From the NCBI GenBank assembly GCA_026396065.1, contig JAPLXO010000011.1, forward strand, positions 10,748 through 74,747: 64,000 nucleotides of DNA. Reading direction: 5' to 3'. The first letter of the stretch is position 1. Each line of letters begins with the position of its first letter. The stretch is from Candidatus Nomurabacteria bacterium. Lineage in GTDB: Bacteria > Patescibacteriota > Minisyncoccia > Phycocordibacterales > UBA9973. A model generated the notes under the pieces. That model saw only the letters and a list, made by a program, of their open reading frames with translations. It made no database searches and had not been told where the DNA came from. This document shows, in pieces, positions 38,735 to 48,837 of the stretch. A program made the position numbers and the translations under genes.

Positions 38735-40429
38735 ATGGTTGATATAAATACAATAATAAAAACATGTGACCAGTCAACAAATACAGTGAGAACCATTGTT
38801 TTTTACTCACATTTAATACCTATATTTTTGTCATTGACATTAGGTATTTTTGTATTTATTAAGGCAAAATTTAACCTTTACTCTAAAATATTTTTAGCTT
38901 TTGTTATTTCTTTTTGTATTTGGCTTGTTTGTGATTTGATGGCTTGGAATGCAAATGATTATCGTCTTATATACACAATGTGGGGTTTTCTTGATTTCAT
39001 TGAAATCGTATTTTATATTCTAGGTTTATATTTTATTATAACATTCGTTCAAGAACGAGATACAAAATGGTATACAAAATTATTTTTTACAAGTTTACTG
39101 GTAATTCCTTTTTATATCACTATTACAGGTCAATCTGTGACAGGATTTAATCAATCAGTTTGTGAGGCTAATAATAATGGTTTTATTTCAGATTATAAAC
39201 TTGTCGTAGAATCTTTTATTGGTATCGCTATTATATTCTATATTGTCCGAGCATTTATAGTAGAAAAAAATAAGCAACGCCGAAAAGCTGACATTATAGT
39301 GCTCGGTTCGATTCTTTCCTTTTTGGCAGTTTTTGGGATTACAGAATACTACGCTTCCATAACAGGGATTTATGAATACAATCTTTATAGTTTGTTTATT
39401 TTGCCGATATTTCTAGTAGCGATTATTTACGCAGTTTTTGAGCTCGATATTTTTAATTTTCATATACTCGGAACGCATTATATCGTGGCTGGGCTCGTGA
39501 TATTGATGGGTGGCCAACTTTTCTTCGTAAACGGTGCCGCCGATCAATTGCTTACTGTTATTACAGTTGTTCTTTCTATAGCTTTGAGTATTATTTTGTA
39601 TAGAAACTTGAAACGTGAATCATATCAGCGTATGCGCATTGAGAAGCTTTCTGTAGACTTGAACGAATCAAAGATGCGACTTGAAGATACAAATATGAAG
39701 CTCGAAGGTGCGAATGATAAATTGAAGTCACTCGATAAACTGAAAACAGAGTTCCTTTCACTCGCTTCACATCAACTTCGCAGTCCACTCACTGCTATCA
39801 AGGGATATACTTCGATGTTGCTCGAAGGAGATTATGGAGCATTGAATGCCAAAGCTCGCGAAGCGGTGGATCGTGTATTCCAATCTAGTAATTCACTCGT
39901 GCTCGTGGTGGAAGATTTACTCAACGTGACAAAAATAGAAAGTGGTGGAATGGTTTACACAATGACAAAATTCGACATTGCTGAAACTGCAAAAAGTATG
40001 GAAAAAAATCTTTCGATTGTCGCTGAGAAGAAAGGTTTGAAATTAACTTTTGAGAACGATAAGAAACCACCATATATGGTAAATGGTGATATCGAAAAGA
40101 TAAAACAAGTAATGCTAAACTTTATAGACAACTCTATCAAATATACACCGGACGGGAGCATTAAGGTTATTATTTCTAAAGATGACACTACAAAGAAGAT
40201 CCGTCTTTCAATAAAAGATACAGGAATGGGAATGACACCAGAAATCAAAGCTGGATTATTCAAAAAATTCGCTCGTGGTGAAGGAGCAAAAGTAAATGCT
40301 GGAGGTTCTGGGCTCGGCTTATATCTCGCTAAAAAGATTATTGAAGAAGGGCACCATGGCCTCGTCGGTGTCGATTCTGAAGGTACAGGAAAAGGTTCTA
40401 CATTTTGGATGGAGCTAGACTCTATTTAA
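38735..40429 (+). CDS. Multi-TM sensor histidine kinase
   Basis: H box ASHQLRSPLT, N box NFIDNSIKYT, G1 DTGMG, G2 GSGLGL. Confidence 0.95.
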   Translation: MVDINTIIKTCDQSTNTVRTIVFYSHLIPIFLSLTLGIFVFIKAKFNLYSKIFLAFVISFCIWLVCDLMAWNANDYRLIYTMWGFLDFIEIVFYILGLYFIITFVQERDTKWYTKLFFTSLLVIPFYITITGQSVTGFNQSVCEANNNGFISDYKLVVESFIGIAIIFYIVRAFIVEKNKQRRKADIIVLGSILSFLAVFGITEYYASITGIYEYNLYSLFILPIFLVAIIYAVFELDIFNFHILGTHYIVAGLVILMGGQLFFVNGAADQLLTVITVVLSIALSIILYRNLKRESYQRMRIEKLSVDLNESKMRLEDTNMKLEGANDKLKSLDKLKTEFLSLASHQLRSPLTAIKGYTSMLLEGDYGALNAKAREAVDRVFQSSNSLVLVVEDLLNVTKIESGGMVYTMTKFDIAETAKSMEKNLSIVAEKKGLKLTFENDKKPPYMVNGDIEKIKQVMLNFIDNSIKYTPDGSIKVIISKDDTTKKIRLSIKDTGMGMTPEIKAGLFKKFARGEGAKVNAGGSGLGLYLAKKIIEEGHHGLVGVDSEGTGKGSTFWMELDSI

Positions 40430-41812
40430 TTAAAGTTTTGAGATTTTAAAACCATTTGGTAGATCTTTTACTTCATAACCTAATGAGTTTATTTCTGCAC
40501 GCAATTCATCTGATTTTCTGAATTCTTTATTATCACGTGCGAGTTTTCTTTCTTCTGCTATAGCCAAGACTTGCTCTGGGATTATTTCATCAGAAAGTTT
40601 TTTTACTTTATCTAAACCAAAACCAAATACTTTATCAAAATCTAAAAGAGTAGATTTTTTTTCAGAATCAGATACAGAAACATCAGCAATTAACTGCCAA
40701 AGAAGGGCAATAGCTTTTGGAGTATTTAGATCATCATCCATACATTCTATAAATTCCTTTTTATATTCTTGGTTAATGATTCCATTTGTTACATCCATTA
40801 ACGGCATAAATGCTTTTATTAGACGTTCCAAGGCTATTTGAGCACCTTTCACAGACTCGAGAGTAAAATTTACCTTTGTTCTATAATGCCCAGTATAAAG
40901 CCAATAACGGAATGCAATTGGATTTATACCTTTTTCAATAAGATCACGAAGTGTGTAGAAATTACCAGCAGATTTTGACATTTTTTTCCCATTAACCATG
41001 AGATGCTCGTTGTGCAACCAATATTTAACAAATTTTTTACCAGTAGCACATTCGGATTGCGCAATTTCATTTTCATGATGAGGAAAAATAAGATCTACTC
41101 CACCAGTATGAATATCAAATGTTTCCCCGAGATTTTTAATACTCATAGCAGAGCATTCTATATGCCAACCAGGGCGTCCTTTGCCCAAGCTTGTATCCCA
41201 AAATACATCACCATCGTTTGCATCCCAAGCTTTCCATAAAGCAAAATCTTGAGCATTTTCTTTTTCGTATTCATCATTTTTTAGACGACCCTGTGCATTA
41301 TTTTTTAAATCTTCAAGTTTAAAATGTGATAATTTTCCATAATTTGGATCTTTTTTTATATTAAAATAAATAGAGCCATCATCACCTTTATAGGCATAAC
41401 CTTTATCTAAAAGAATTTCTATCATTTGTACCATTTCTTCTATATGATTTGTGGCTTTTGTATAAATATCTGCCTGTTCTATATTTAAGCTCTCTCTATC
41501 TTTAAAAAATTCTAATGTATAAAACTCAGTAAATTCTTTTAAAGATTTTTTTTGTGCAATAGAGTCACGAATCGTTTTATCATCAACATCGGTAATGTTC
41601 ATTACATGCTTCACATTATAATCAGAATATTTTAAATAACGTTTTAGTATATCTGTAAAAATATAAGCTCTATAATTACCGATATGTGGATAATTATAAA
41701 CAGTCGGTCCGCAGGTATACATGCGGACTTCTTCCAAATGCATTGGTAAAAAATCTTCTTTTTCCCTAGATAGAGTGTTATATAACTTTATTTTTTTATC
41801 ATTTAAAGCCAT
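40430..41812 (-). CDS. cysS: Cysteine--tRNA ligase
   Basis: CGPTVY, HIGN, GRPGWHIECSAM, KMSKS. Confidence 0.98.
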   Translation of the reverse strand: MALNDKKIKLYNTLSREKEDFLPMHLEEVRMYTCGPTVYNYPHIGNYRAYIFTDILKRYLKYSDYNVKHVMNITDVDDKTIRDSIAQKKSLKEFTEFYTLEFFKDRESLNIEQADIYTKATNHIEEMVQMIEILLDKGYAYKGDDGSIYFNIKKDPNYGKLSHFKLEDLKNNAQGRLKNDEYEKENAQDFALWKAWDANDGDVFWDTSLGKGRPGWHIECSAMSIKNLGETFDIHTGGVDLIFPHHENEIAQSECATGKKFVKYWLHNEHLMVNGKKMSKSAGNFYTLRDLIEKGINPIAFRYWLYTGHYRTKVNFTLESVKGAQIALERLIKAFMPLMDVTNGIINQEYKKEFIECMDDDLNTPKAIALLWQLIADVSVSDSEKKSTLLDFDKVFGFGLDKVKKLSDEIIPEQVLAIAEERKLARDNKEFRKSDELRAEINSLGYEVKDLPNGFKISKL

Positions 41813-42714
41813 TTTTTATGTTTAAAGAAAAGGAAAGTAATTAAACCTGTTAAAAACATTGCTACTACTACTAAGTAAAAATCAAATGGGCCATGAAGAA
41901 CTGCAAAATCTGAATTCATCATAAAAATCAAGGGAATAATTGATGCCGGTGAAATCATGAAAGTAAACATGGTTAAAATTTTCATTGTTTCGTTTGTCTT
42001 ACTAGAAAGTAATGAATCATTTGTATCACGTAAGTCCGTCACTGTTTCTTTATGAGCATCGAGAGCATTTTTTATTTTATTATATTCACCAATAATAGCT
42101 TCTAGGAAAAAAGAAAATTCAGGACCAAAAAATTTTTTACCAGCTGATTCAAAAGACTTCAATGCTTCAAAATGAAAACGCATTGCTTGTTTAAAATTAA
42201 GTAATTTTCTATTAACATCTGAAATAATTTTAACAGTTTCTTTTTCTTTTCCTTCAAAGATACCACGATCAATTTTCTTTATCTCTGGATTAATCATCTC
42301 CAAATCAGTCATCACATTTTTATAAAGTTCTTTTATGACATGGTAGAATAAATATCCGGCGTGTTCATTTTTGTCTTTCTTTTCTAGTAGAGCATGTACT
42401 TCAAATTTTTTAAAAAATTCATGTAGTGGATTTACTAATTCATAGTGAATAGTAATAAGAAAATTTTTACCAACAACAAAATCCACTTCTTGTTCGGCTT
42501 TTTTCTCTTTATTTTGATGACTGACAGGGAAGTGCAGAACTAAATAAATTAAATTATCATAAAGATCGACTTTTGAACGCACTGTCTCAGTAATAAATTC
42601 TTCAGCTACTAGTGGTGGTATATTAAACTCTTCAACCAAACTAAAAACTTCTTCAGTGGTCGGAGATTGTAAATCTACCCAAACGACACCATTATATGTA
42701 TATTTTGAAATCAT
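41803..42714 (-). CDS. corA: CorA-family divalent cation transporter
   Basis: WVDLQSPT, TNETMKILT, two C-terminal TM, FKHKKWL; GMN replaced by MMN. Confidence 0.85.
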   Translation of the reverse strand: MISKYTYNGVVWVDLQSPTTEEVFSLVEEFNIPPLVAEEFITETVRSKVDLYDNLIYLVLHFPVSHQNKEKKAEQEVDFVVGKNFLITIHYELVNPLHEFFKKFEVHALLEKKDKNEHAGYLFYHVIKELYKNVMTDLEMINPEIKKIDRGIFEGKEKETVKIISDVNRKLLNFKQAMRFHFEALKSFESAGKKFFGPEFSFFLEAIIGEYNKIKNALDAHKETVTDLRDTNDSLLSSKTNETMKILTMFTFMISPASIIPLIFMMNSDFAVLHGPFDFYLVVVAMFLTGLITFLFFKHKKWL

Positions 42715-42787
42715 GCTTATATTATATCAGAGCATTATTTTATATCCAACTTGCTTTTTTCTTAATATTCATATAATATAGAGCCAT

Positions 42788-43114
42788 ATGAGTAAAGACG
42801 AATTTGCAGTAATATTTACAGGTGGAAAACAATACAAAGTTGCCGTTGGCGAGGTTGTTTCTATTGAGAAAATAAAAGGGGAATACATAAAGGGCGACAA
42901 GCTTTCTTTTGACAAGGTTTTATTGGTTGATAATGGAAAGGATACGACTATCGGAATGCCTTTTATTGAAGGAGCAAAAGTAGATGCTGAAATTGTTGAA
43001 ATAGGCCGTGCACGCAAGGTTATGGTCATAAAATACAAGCAAAAGTCCCGCTATCTTAAGAGAAATGGTCACCGTCAACCATTCTTCAAAGTTAAAATAA
43101 CTTCTATAAAATAG
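42788..43114 (+). CDS. rplU: 50S ribosomal protein L21
   Basis: TGGKQYKV, GHRQPF. Confidence 0.97.
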   Translation: MSKDEFAVIFTGGKQYKVAVGEVVSIEKIKGEYIKGDKLSFDKVLLVDNGKDTTIGMPFIEGAKVDAEIVEIGRARKVMVIKYKQKSRYLKRNGHRQPFFKVKITSIK

Positions 43115-43121
43115 TCTTTTG

Positions 43122-43150
43122 AAAAAATCCCTCAATGTGAGGGATTTTTT
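43122..43150. terminator. Bidirectional terminator between rplU and recR
   Basis: aaaaaatccctca-atg-tgagggatttttt. Confidence 0.85.
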
Positions 43151-43760
43151 ATTGTCTATTTTTTAATGCGTTTTTGATGGTTTCATTGTCTGAATATTCC
43201 AGCTCTGTACCAGTAGAAAGTCCACGGCCGAGAGATGATACTTTTATTTTTAAAGATTCTGCTAACTCAGTAAGCTGACCTTTTAAATACATATCAGTAT
43301 GATCACCTTGTGGAGAAAGAGAAAAAGCTAAAATAATTTCTTTTAGATTTTTTTTATTTTTTATTTTATCTTTTAGCTCGTTTAGACGAATTCTACTCGG
43401 TGTACTTTTTTCTACTATTGGTACTAGTCCTCCTAGGACAAAATATTTTCCATTATAAAAACGACTTTTCTTTACACTTTCTAAATCAGAATCTTTTTCT
43501 ACAATCATCAACATCGATTCATCAAATCGTGAATCAGAACAAATATCACAAGTATTTTCTTTTCTCATTCCAATATTAAAAAATCTAAAACATTCTTTGC
43601 ACTGCGAAATTTCTTTCTTTAAATCTAAAATTAGCTTTGCAAGATTTTCTGAATAATTTGGATTTTTTGCCATTAAAAAATACACAAATCTTTTTGCTTG
43701 TCTTTCACCAATACCAGGGAATTCTTTAAAATGTTCTGTTAATTTTTCTATGCTATCCAT
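43149..43760 (-). CDS. recR: Recombination protein RecR
   Basis: FPGIGERQAKR HhH, C4 zinc finger, TOPRIM, GTELEYSD. Confidence 0.95.
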   Translation of the reverse strand: MDSIEKLTEHFKEFPGIGERQAKRFVYFLMAKNPNYSENLAKLILDLKKEISQCKECFRFFNIGMRKENTCDICSDSRFDESMLMIVEKDSDLESVKKSRFYNGKYFVLGGLVPIVEKSTPSRIRLNELKDKIKNKKNLKEIILAFSLSPQGDHTDMYLKGQLTELAESLKIKVSSLGRGLSTGTELEYSDNETIKNALKNRQ

Positions 43761-43766
43761 ATTATT

Positions 43767-45158
43767 TTAAAATTCATCTAAACCGTCACTAATTTTATTT
43801 GATGAAAATTCACTGAGATTACTCTTTTCAAGATTAAGGAATGAGGTAGTCTTTTCATCAAAATATAAATCAATTTTTCCGACTGGGCCATTTCTATGTT
43901 TTTCAACTAATATTTCAACTATATTTGTCTTTTCTGATTCATCTTTACCTCTATCCTCACGATGAATAAACATTACGACATCGGCATCCTGTTCGATAGA
44001 TCCAGAGTCGCGCAAGTCAGAAAGGCGAGGTCTACCACCACGAGACTCGACTGCACGAGAAAGCTGTGAAAGTGCAAGCACAGGAACATCTAGCTCTTTA
44101 GCCAAGCTTTTTAATGAACGAGAAATTTCTGTTACTTGATTTACCATATTGTCATAATTTTTACTAGTAGACATAAGCTGTAAGTAATCAACAATAATTA
44201 AATCCAAGCCTTTTTCAGCCTTTAACCGGCGAGAAATAGCTTTCATGCGAACAATTGAGTTACCAGCCTGATCATCAATATAGATAGGTGCCTTAGAAAG
44301 CTTATCTAAAGAATCACGAAGTAAAGAAAAATCTCTATCTGTATTGAGTTGACCTGTGCGAAGTTTCCATGCATTCACTTTTGATTCAGCAGAAAGCATT
44401 CTATCTACAAGTTGCTGTGAAGACATTTCCAAAGAAAATATTGCGACAGCTTTATTGTGCATTGTTGCTGTTATGCGAGCTATATCAAGAGCAAATGTTG
44501 TCTTACCCATACTTGGTCGCGCTGCAAGGATTATCAAGTCTGATCTTTGCAATCCTGAAAGTAAATTATCTAAATCTTTAAAACCAGTTGGAAGTCCACG
44601 AAGTGCACCTTTTGTTTCACTTAATTTAGAAAGTCTTTCAAAAGCTTCTGGAAGTGCATCTTTCATGCTCACAATTTTTTGGTTTTTTGGAGAAGAGACT
44701 ACACCAAAAATTCTTTTTTCAGCTAAATCTAAAATATCATCCATACGATCATCACCCTCTTCAAAAGCTAATTCTGAAACGTAATCAGCTGCATCTATCA
44801 AAGATCTTAAAACATATTTTTTCTGTACAATATCTGCATAATGTCTAACATTTGTAGAAGATGGAACAACGTTTACAATTTCTGCAAGATATTGATTTCC
44901 ACCGATTGCTTCTAGTAGCTTTTGTTCTTTTAATTTAGTAGAAAGCGAAAGCATATCGATCGGTTCATTTTTTAAAAACAAATCCATCATTGCTTGAAAA
45001 ATTATTTTATGTTTTTCAACATAAAAAGAATCCGCATTTACAACATCTTCAATTTCATGTAATGCGTCTTTGCGAAGCATTATTGACCCTAGAACAGCTT
45101 TTTCTGAATCAATACTTTGTGGTGGAATTCTAATTTCATTTTTTCTTTTTATTACCAT
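43767..45158 (-). CDS. dnaB: Replicative DNA helicase
   Basis: AARPSMGKT, FSLEMS, VDYLQL, LSQLSR, DLRDSGSIEQDAD, KHRNGP. Confidence 0.98.
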   Translation of the reverse strand: MVIKRKNEIRIPPQSIDSEKAVLGSIMLRKDALHEIEDVVNADSFYVEKHKIIFQAMMDLFLKNEPIDMLSLSTKLKEQKLLEAIGGNQYLAEIVNVVPSSTNVRHYADIVQKKYVLRSLIDAADYVSELAFEEGDDRMDDILDLAEKRIFGVVSSPKNQKIVSMKDALPEAFERLSKLSETKGALRGLPTGFKDLDNLLSGLQRSDLIILAARPSMGKTTFALDIARITATMHNKAVAIFSLEMSSQQLVDRMLSAESKVNAWKLRTGQLNTDRDFSLLRDSLDKLSKAPIYIDDQAGNSIVRMKAISRRLKAEKGLDLIIVDYLQLMSTSKNYDNMVNQVTEISRSLKSLAKELDVPVLALSQLSRAVESRGGRPRLSDLRDSGSIEQDADVVMFIHREDRGKDESEKTNIVEILVEKHRNGPVGKIDLYFDEKTTSFLNLEKSNLSEFSSNKISDGLDEF

Positions 45159-45251
45159 GAGTCCATTCTATGAGAGTTCGCGAAAAAAGTACATAGTGCC
45201 AAATGTAGATAACCTGTTATTAAACAGGAAAAAATATGATATTATAAGAAT

Positions 45252-46265
45252 ATGGAAAAAAATAATATAAAAAAGACAGTTTTAACAGGTGATAGACCTA
45301 CTGGCAAGCTCCATCTTGGGCATTTTGTAGGTTCTATACAAAATAGATTAAAACTTCAAAATGAAGCGGAAAAATCATTTTATATGGTTGCAGATATGCA
45401 AGCACTCACTGATAATGCTGAAAATCCAGAAAAAATTCGTATAAACACACTCGAAGTGGCTATCGACAATCTTGCTTGTGGTCTAGACCCACAAAAAACC
45501 ACAATGTTTATCCAATCTCAAATTCCTGAAATTGCTGAACTAGCACTATTGTTTATGAATTTGGTGACACTTGCACGTTTAAAAAGAAATCCCACAGTTA
45601 AATCTGAAATGAAACAAAAAGGTTTTGGTGAAGATGTCCCTGCTGGATTTTTAATATATCCAGTTTCTCAAGCTGCGGATATTTTGTTTGCAAAAGCAAA
45701 TTTGATTCCAGTTGGTGAAGACCAGAAGCCAATGATTGAGCAAACGAATGAAATCGTGGATAGTTTTAATCGTATTTATGGAGAAACTTTTGGACACGTA
45801 TCACACCTAGTCGGTGAAACACCTCGCCTCGTCGGCACAGATGGTAATTCAAAAATGTCTAAATCTTTAAATAATGGTATTTATCTTTCCGACTCTGATG
45901 AGGTTATAGAAAAAAAAGTAATGGAAATGTACACTGATCCAAATCATATACATGTAGAAGATTCAGGAAAAGTAGAAGGTAACGTAGTGTTTATGTATCT
46001 AGATATTTTTGATTCTAATAAAGAAGAAATTATAGAATTAAAAAAGCAATATCAAAAAGGTGGGCTCGGCGATGTCGTTCTTAAAAAACGTTTAGCGAAA
46101 GTTCTTTCTGAATTAATTACCCCAATCCGTGAGAGACGAGAAAAAATTGCCGAAAATCCAAAAGCCGTAATGGATATTTTACAAGAAGGTACAAAAAAGG
46201 CTCGTGAAGAAGCTATTAAAACATTAAATGAGGTTCGCCAAGCAATGAAGATAGATTTCTTTTAA
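45252..46265 (+). CDS. trpS: Tryptophan--tRNA ligase
   Basis: TGDRPTGKLHLGH, YPVSQAADI, VGEDQ, KMSKS. Confidence 0.97.
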   Translation: MEKNNIKKTVLTGDRPTGKLHLGHFVGSIQNRLKLQNEAEKSFYMVADMQALTDNAENPEKIRINTLEVAIDNLACGLDPQKTTMFIQSQIPEIAELALLFMNLVTLARLKRNPTVKSEMKQKGFGEDVPAGFLIYPVSQAADILFAKANLIPVGEDQKPMIEQTNEIVDSFNRIYGETFGHVSHLVGETPRLVGTDGNSKMSKSLNNGIYLSDSDEVIEKKVMEMYTDPNHIHVEDSGKVEGNVVFMYLDIFDSNKEEIIELKKQYQKGGLGDVVLKKRLAKVLSELITPIRERREKIAENPKAVMDILQEGTKKAREEAIKTLNEVRQAMKIDFF

Positions 46266-46282
46266 TAATTAATTATGAATAT

Positions 46283-46573
46283 ATGAAAAATAATTCAGAA
46301 CAATACAAAAAGGAAGTATTAGATATTATTTATAAAATAGCAAAAGATAAAAATTTACTAGAATCTTTTATGCAGGATATTCTCACGCCAAAAGAATATG
46401 ATAATGTAGGTGTCCGCTGGCAAATAGTGAAGAAGCTAGCAAAAGGGGAGAAGCATGAATATATTGCGAGTGATCTCAAGCTGGGTGTAGCTACAGTAAC
46501 CCGCGGATCTCGAGAAATGCGTAATAAAGACGGTGGTTTTCAGAAAGTACTAAAGTTTCTTAAACTCAAATAA
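46283..46573 (+). CDS. trpR: Trp repressor family protein
   Basis: ILTPKE...RWQIVK.L..G.....IA..L..GVATVTRGS. Confidence 0.9.
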   Translation: MKNNSEQYKKEVLDIIYKIAKDKNLLESFMQDILTPKEYDNVGVRWQIVKKLAKGEKHEYIASDLKLGVATVTRGSREMRNKDGGFQKVLKFLKLK

Positions 46574-46632
46574 ATAACTAGTAAAATTTATTTTTTAAAC
46601 CTACATATTAGAAAAGGTTCTTTACTTATATG

Positions 46633-46641
46633 TTATCCACA
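46633..46641 (+). promoter_or_regulatory. Perfect DnaA box
   Basis: TTATCCACA; single copy, function unproven. Confidence 0.4.
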
Positions 46642-46670
46642 GCTCAATTTATTTGAGTGCTTGTTTTTTA

Positions 46671-46690
46671 CATACTAGTATACTAGTATG
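46671..46690. promoter_or_regulatory. TrpR-operator-like perfect palindrome
   Basis: catactagtatactagtatg: ACTAGT-NN-ACTAGT as in the E. coli trp operator; abuts -10 TAGTAT 46692; 100 bp downstream of trpR. Confidence 0.65.
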
Positions 46691-46749
46691 ATAGTATAAA
46701 GAAAAATTAGTTATTTAATAAATTGTAAAAACAATAAAAAAAGATAAGT

Positions 46750-46989
46750 ATGCTATTAGATTCAGAAAAAAACAAAATGGAGGAGCTCCCTTCATTACCA
46801 AAAGAGCCAAAATTTTGTAAGTTAATTAAACAAGACCGTGAGAAAATGGTTATCACTGTACTTTTTTACAAAGAACAGCAACCTATTACATATCACGTAA
46901 AAAAGTTTAATGAAACAGAAAATTACACCGTAGGTAATGAATATTACCTAATGAGCTACGAAAACGATGTGGTGACGTTATCACCATAA
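46750..46989 (+). CDS. Small hypothetical protein
   Basis: 79 aa ORF with upstream promoter and downstream hairpin (cagtgggc..gtccactg). Confidence 0.5.
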   Translation: MLLDSEKNKMEELPSLPKEPKFCKLIKQDREKMVITVLFYKEQQPITYHVKKFNETENYTVGNEYYLMSYENDVVTLSP

Positions 46990-47064
46990 AAAACCAGTGG
47001 GCAAAGTATTTTTTACTTAGTCCACTGTTTTGTTTTTAATTCTTTTTTATGTTAAATTTATATT

Positions 47065-48480
47065 ATGCAAAATAGAACATATATAAAGGATTTAAATAGT
47101 AAAAAAGGGGAAGAAGCTATCATCGCTGGGTGGGTAGATATTCGTCGCGACCAAGGTAAAATGGTCTTTTTCGATATGCGTGATATGACTGGAAAAATAC
47201 AATGTGTGGTGCTTCCTCAAAAGGCAGAAGTCCCGACTGAAAGTCGTGGATCCTCGGCAATAGAAATTGCCGGGAAAATTCGCCCTGAATGGGTTTTGAA
47301 AATTACTGGAAAAGTAAATGCTCGCCCAGAAAAAAATGTAAATAAAGATCAACAAAATGGTGATGTGGAACTCGAAGTATTAACTATCGAAGTTTTAAAC
47401 GAAGCAAAGACTCCGCCATTTCAAGTAAATGAAAATACAAGTGGGATTAATGAAGATTTAAGAATGAAATACAAATATTTAGATTTGCGTACAGAAAGAA
47501 TGCAAAAAAATATTCGTATGCGTGACAAGATCGTGACTTTCTTCCGCCAATATATGCATGACAATGGTTTTCTAGATGTAGAAACTCCAATAATGACAAA
47601 AGGAACACCAGAGGGAAGTCGTGAATATCTCGTGCCATCTCGATTGGAACCGGGCAATTTTTATGTGCTTCCACAATCACCACAACAATTCAAACAGCTT
47701 TGTATGGTAGGAGGAGTTGAAAAATATTTCCAAATTGCAAAATGTATGCGTGATGAGGACACTCGTGGTGACCGTCAGCCAGAATTTACTCAGCTTGATT
47801 ACGAAATGTCTTTTGTGACACAAGAAGAAATTATTACTTATACAGAAGATATGTTTATTAAAATGGTGCAAACTGTTTACCCTGAGAAAAAAATCCAACA
47901 AATTCCATTTCCAAGACTTACATATGCAGAATCAATGGAAAAATATAGCAATGATAAACCAGACCTTCGTGAAAATAAAGAAGATCCAAACTTGCTCGCA
48001 TTTTGCTGGGTAGTAGATTTTCCAATGTTTGAAAAAGATTCTGAAGGCGGAGTGCAAGCTGTGCACCATCCATTTACTTCACCAAAAACTGAAGACGCAC
48101 ACCTGCTCGACACTGATCCTCTTTCTGCTCGCGCAAATGCATATGATATCGTGCTCAACGGCTATGAACTCGGTGGAGGAAGTATTCGTATTCACAAAAG
48201 AGAATTACAAAATAAAATTTTCGAATTACTTGGCCTTTCAAAAGAACTCATCGAAGCTCGTTTCGGACATATGCTCGAAGCTTTTGAATATGGTGCTCCG
48301 CCACACGGAGGTTGTGCGCAAGGTATCGACCGTATCGTAATGCTAATGCAAAATGAGCCAAACATCCGCGAAGTTATTGCTTTTCCAAAAACTGGTGAAG
48401 GCAAAGATCTGATGATGGGCGCTCCTTCGACAGCTTCTGATAAACAACTAAAAGAACTCGGTATTCAACTGAAAAAATAA
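47065..48480 (+). CDS. aspS: Aspartate--tRNA ligase, short form without GAD domain
   Basis: [42 protein letters not shown]. Confidence 0.97.
   Translation: MQNRTYIKDLNSKKGEEAIIAGWVDIRRDQGKMVFFDMRDMTGKIQCVVLPQKAEVPTESRGSSAIEIAGKIRPEWVLKITGKVNARPEKNVNKDQQNGDVELEVLTIEVLNEAKTPPFQVNENTSGINEDLRMKYKYLDLRTERMQKNIRMRDKIVTFFRQYMHDNGFLDVETPIMTKGTPEGSREYLVPSRLEPGNFYVLPQSPQQFKQLCMVGGVEKYFQIAKCMRDEDTRGDRQPEFTQLDYEMSFVTQEEIITYTEDMFIKMVQTVYPEKKIQQIPFPRLTYAESMEKYSNDKPDLRENKEDPNLLAFCWVVDFPMFEKDSEGGVQAVHHPFTSPKTEDAHLLDTDPLSARANAYDIVLNGYELGGGSIRIHKRELQNKIFELLGLSKELIEARFGHMLEAFEYGAPPHGGCAQGIDRIVMLMQNEPNIREVIAFPKTGEGKDLMMGAPSTASDKQLKELGIQLKK
47230..47256. repeat. In-frame 27 nt palindromic insertion in aspS
   Basis: gtcccgactgaaagtcgtggatcctcg (VPTESRGSS); shares cgaggatccacga..tcggga with 14916 element on opposite strand. 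Confidence 0.6.
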
Positions 48481-48837
48481 ATGATTATCTCGGGCAAAGT
48501 GATAAAAGGTGACAAGTATGGTAGGGAACTAGGATTTCCTACGGTTAATTTGGACAGAAAAAACTTTTTAAATTTAGAAAAGAAACCGAAATTTGGAATT
48601 TGGAAGGGAGTTGCTATACTTAATCGCAAGTCTTACAAAGCAGGAATAGTTATCGGTCCACTTGATAAAAAAGGTTTACCAAAAATCGAAGCATACTTAT
48701 TAGATTTTTCTAAAAATATTTATGGCGAGAAATTGATTATAGAATTAGAAAAATTTATCAGACCATTTAAAAAATTTAAAATTGAAGCTGACCTTATCAA
48801 TCAAATTAAAAAAGATATAGAAATATGCAAGAAATAA
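48481..48837 (+). CDS. Stand-alone riboflavin kinase
   Basis: GKVIKG..GRELGFPTVN, IEAYLLDF..NIYG, IRP..KF, LINQIKKD; no FAD synthetase domain. Confidence 0.9.
   Translation: MIISGKVIKGDKYGRELGFPTVNLDRKNFLNLEKKPKFGIWKGVAILNRKSYKAGIVIGPLDKKGLPKIEAYLLDFSKNIYGEKLIIELEKFIRPFKKFKIEADLINQIKKDIEICKK

Noticed and set aside
45205-46641. Replication origin (DnaA boxes near dnaB and trpR)
   Set aside because: Only one perfect and one imperfect box, 1.4 kb apart; no cluster, no dnaA/dnaN
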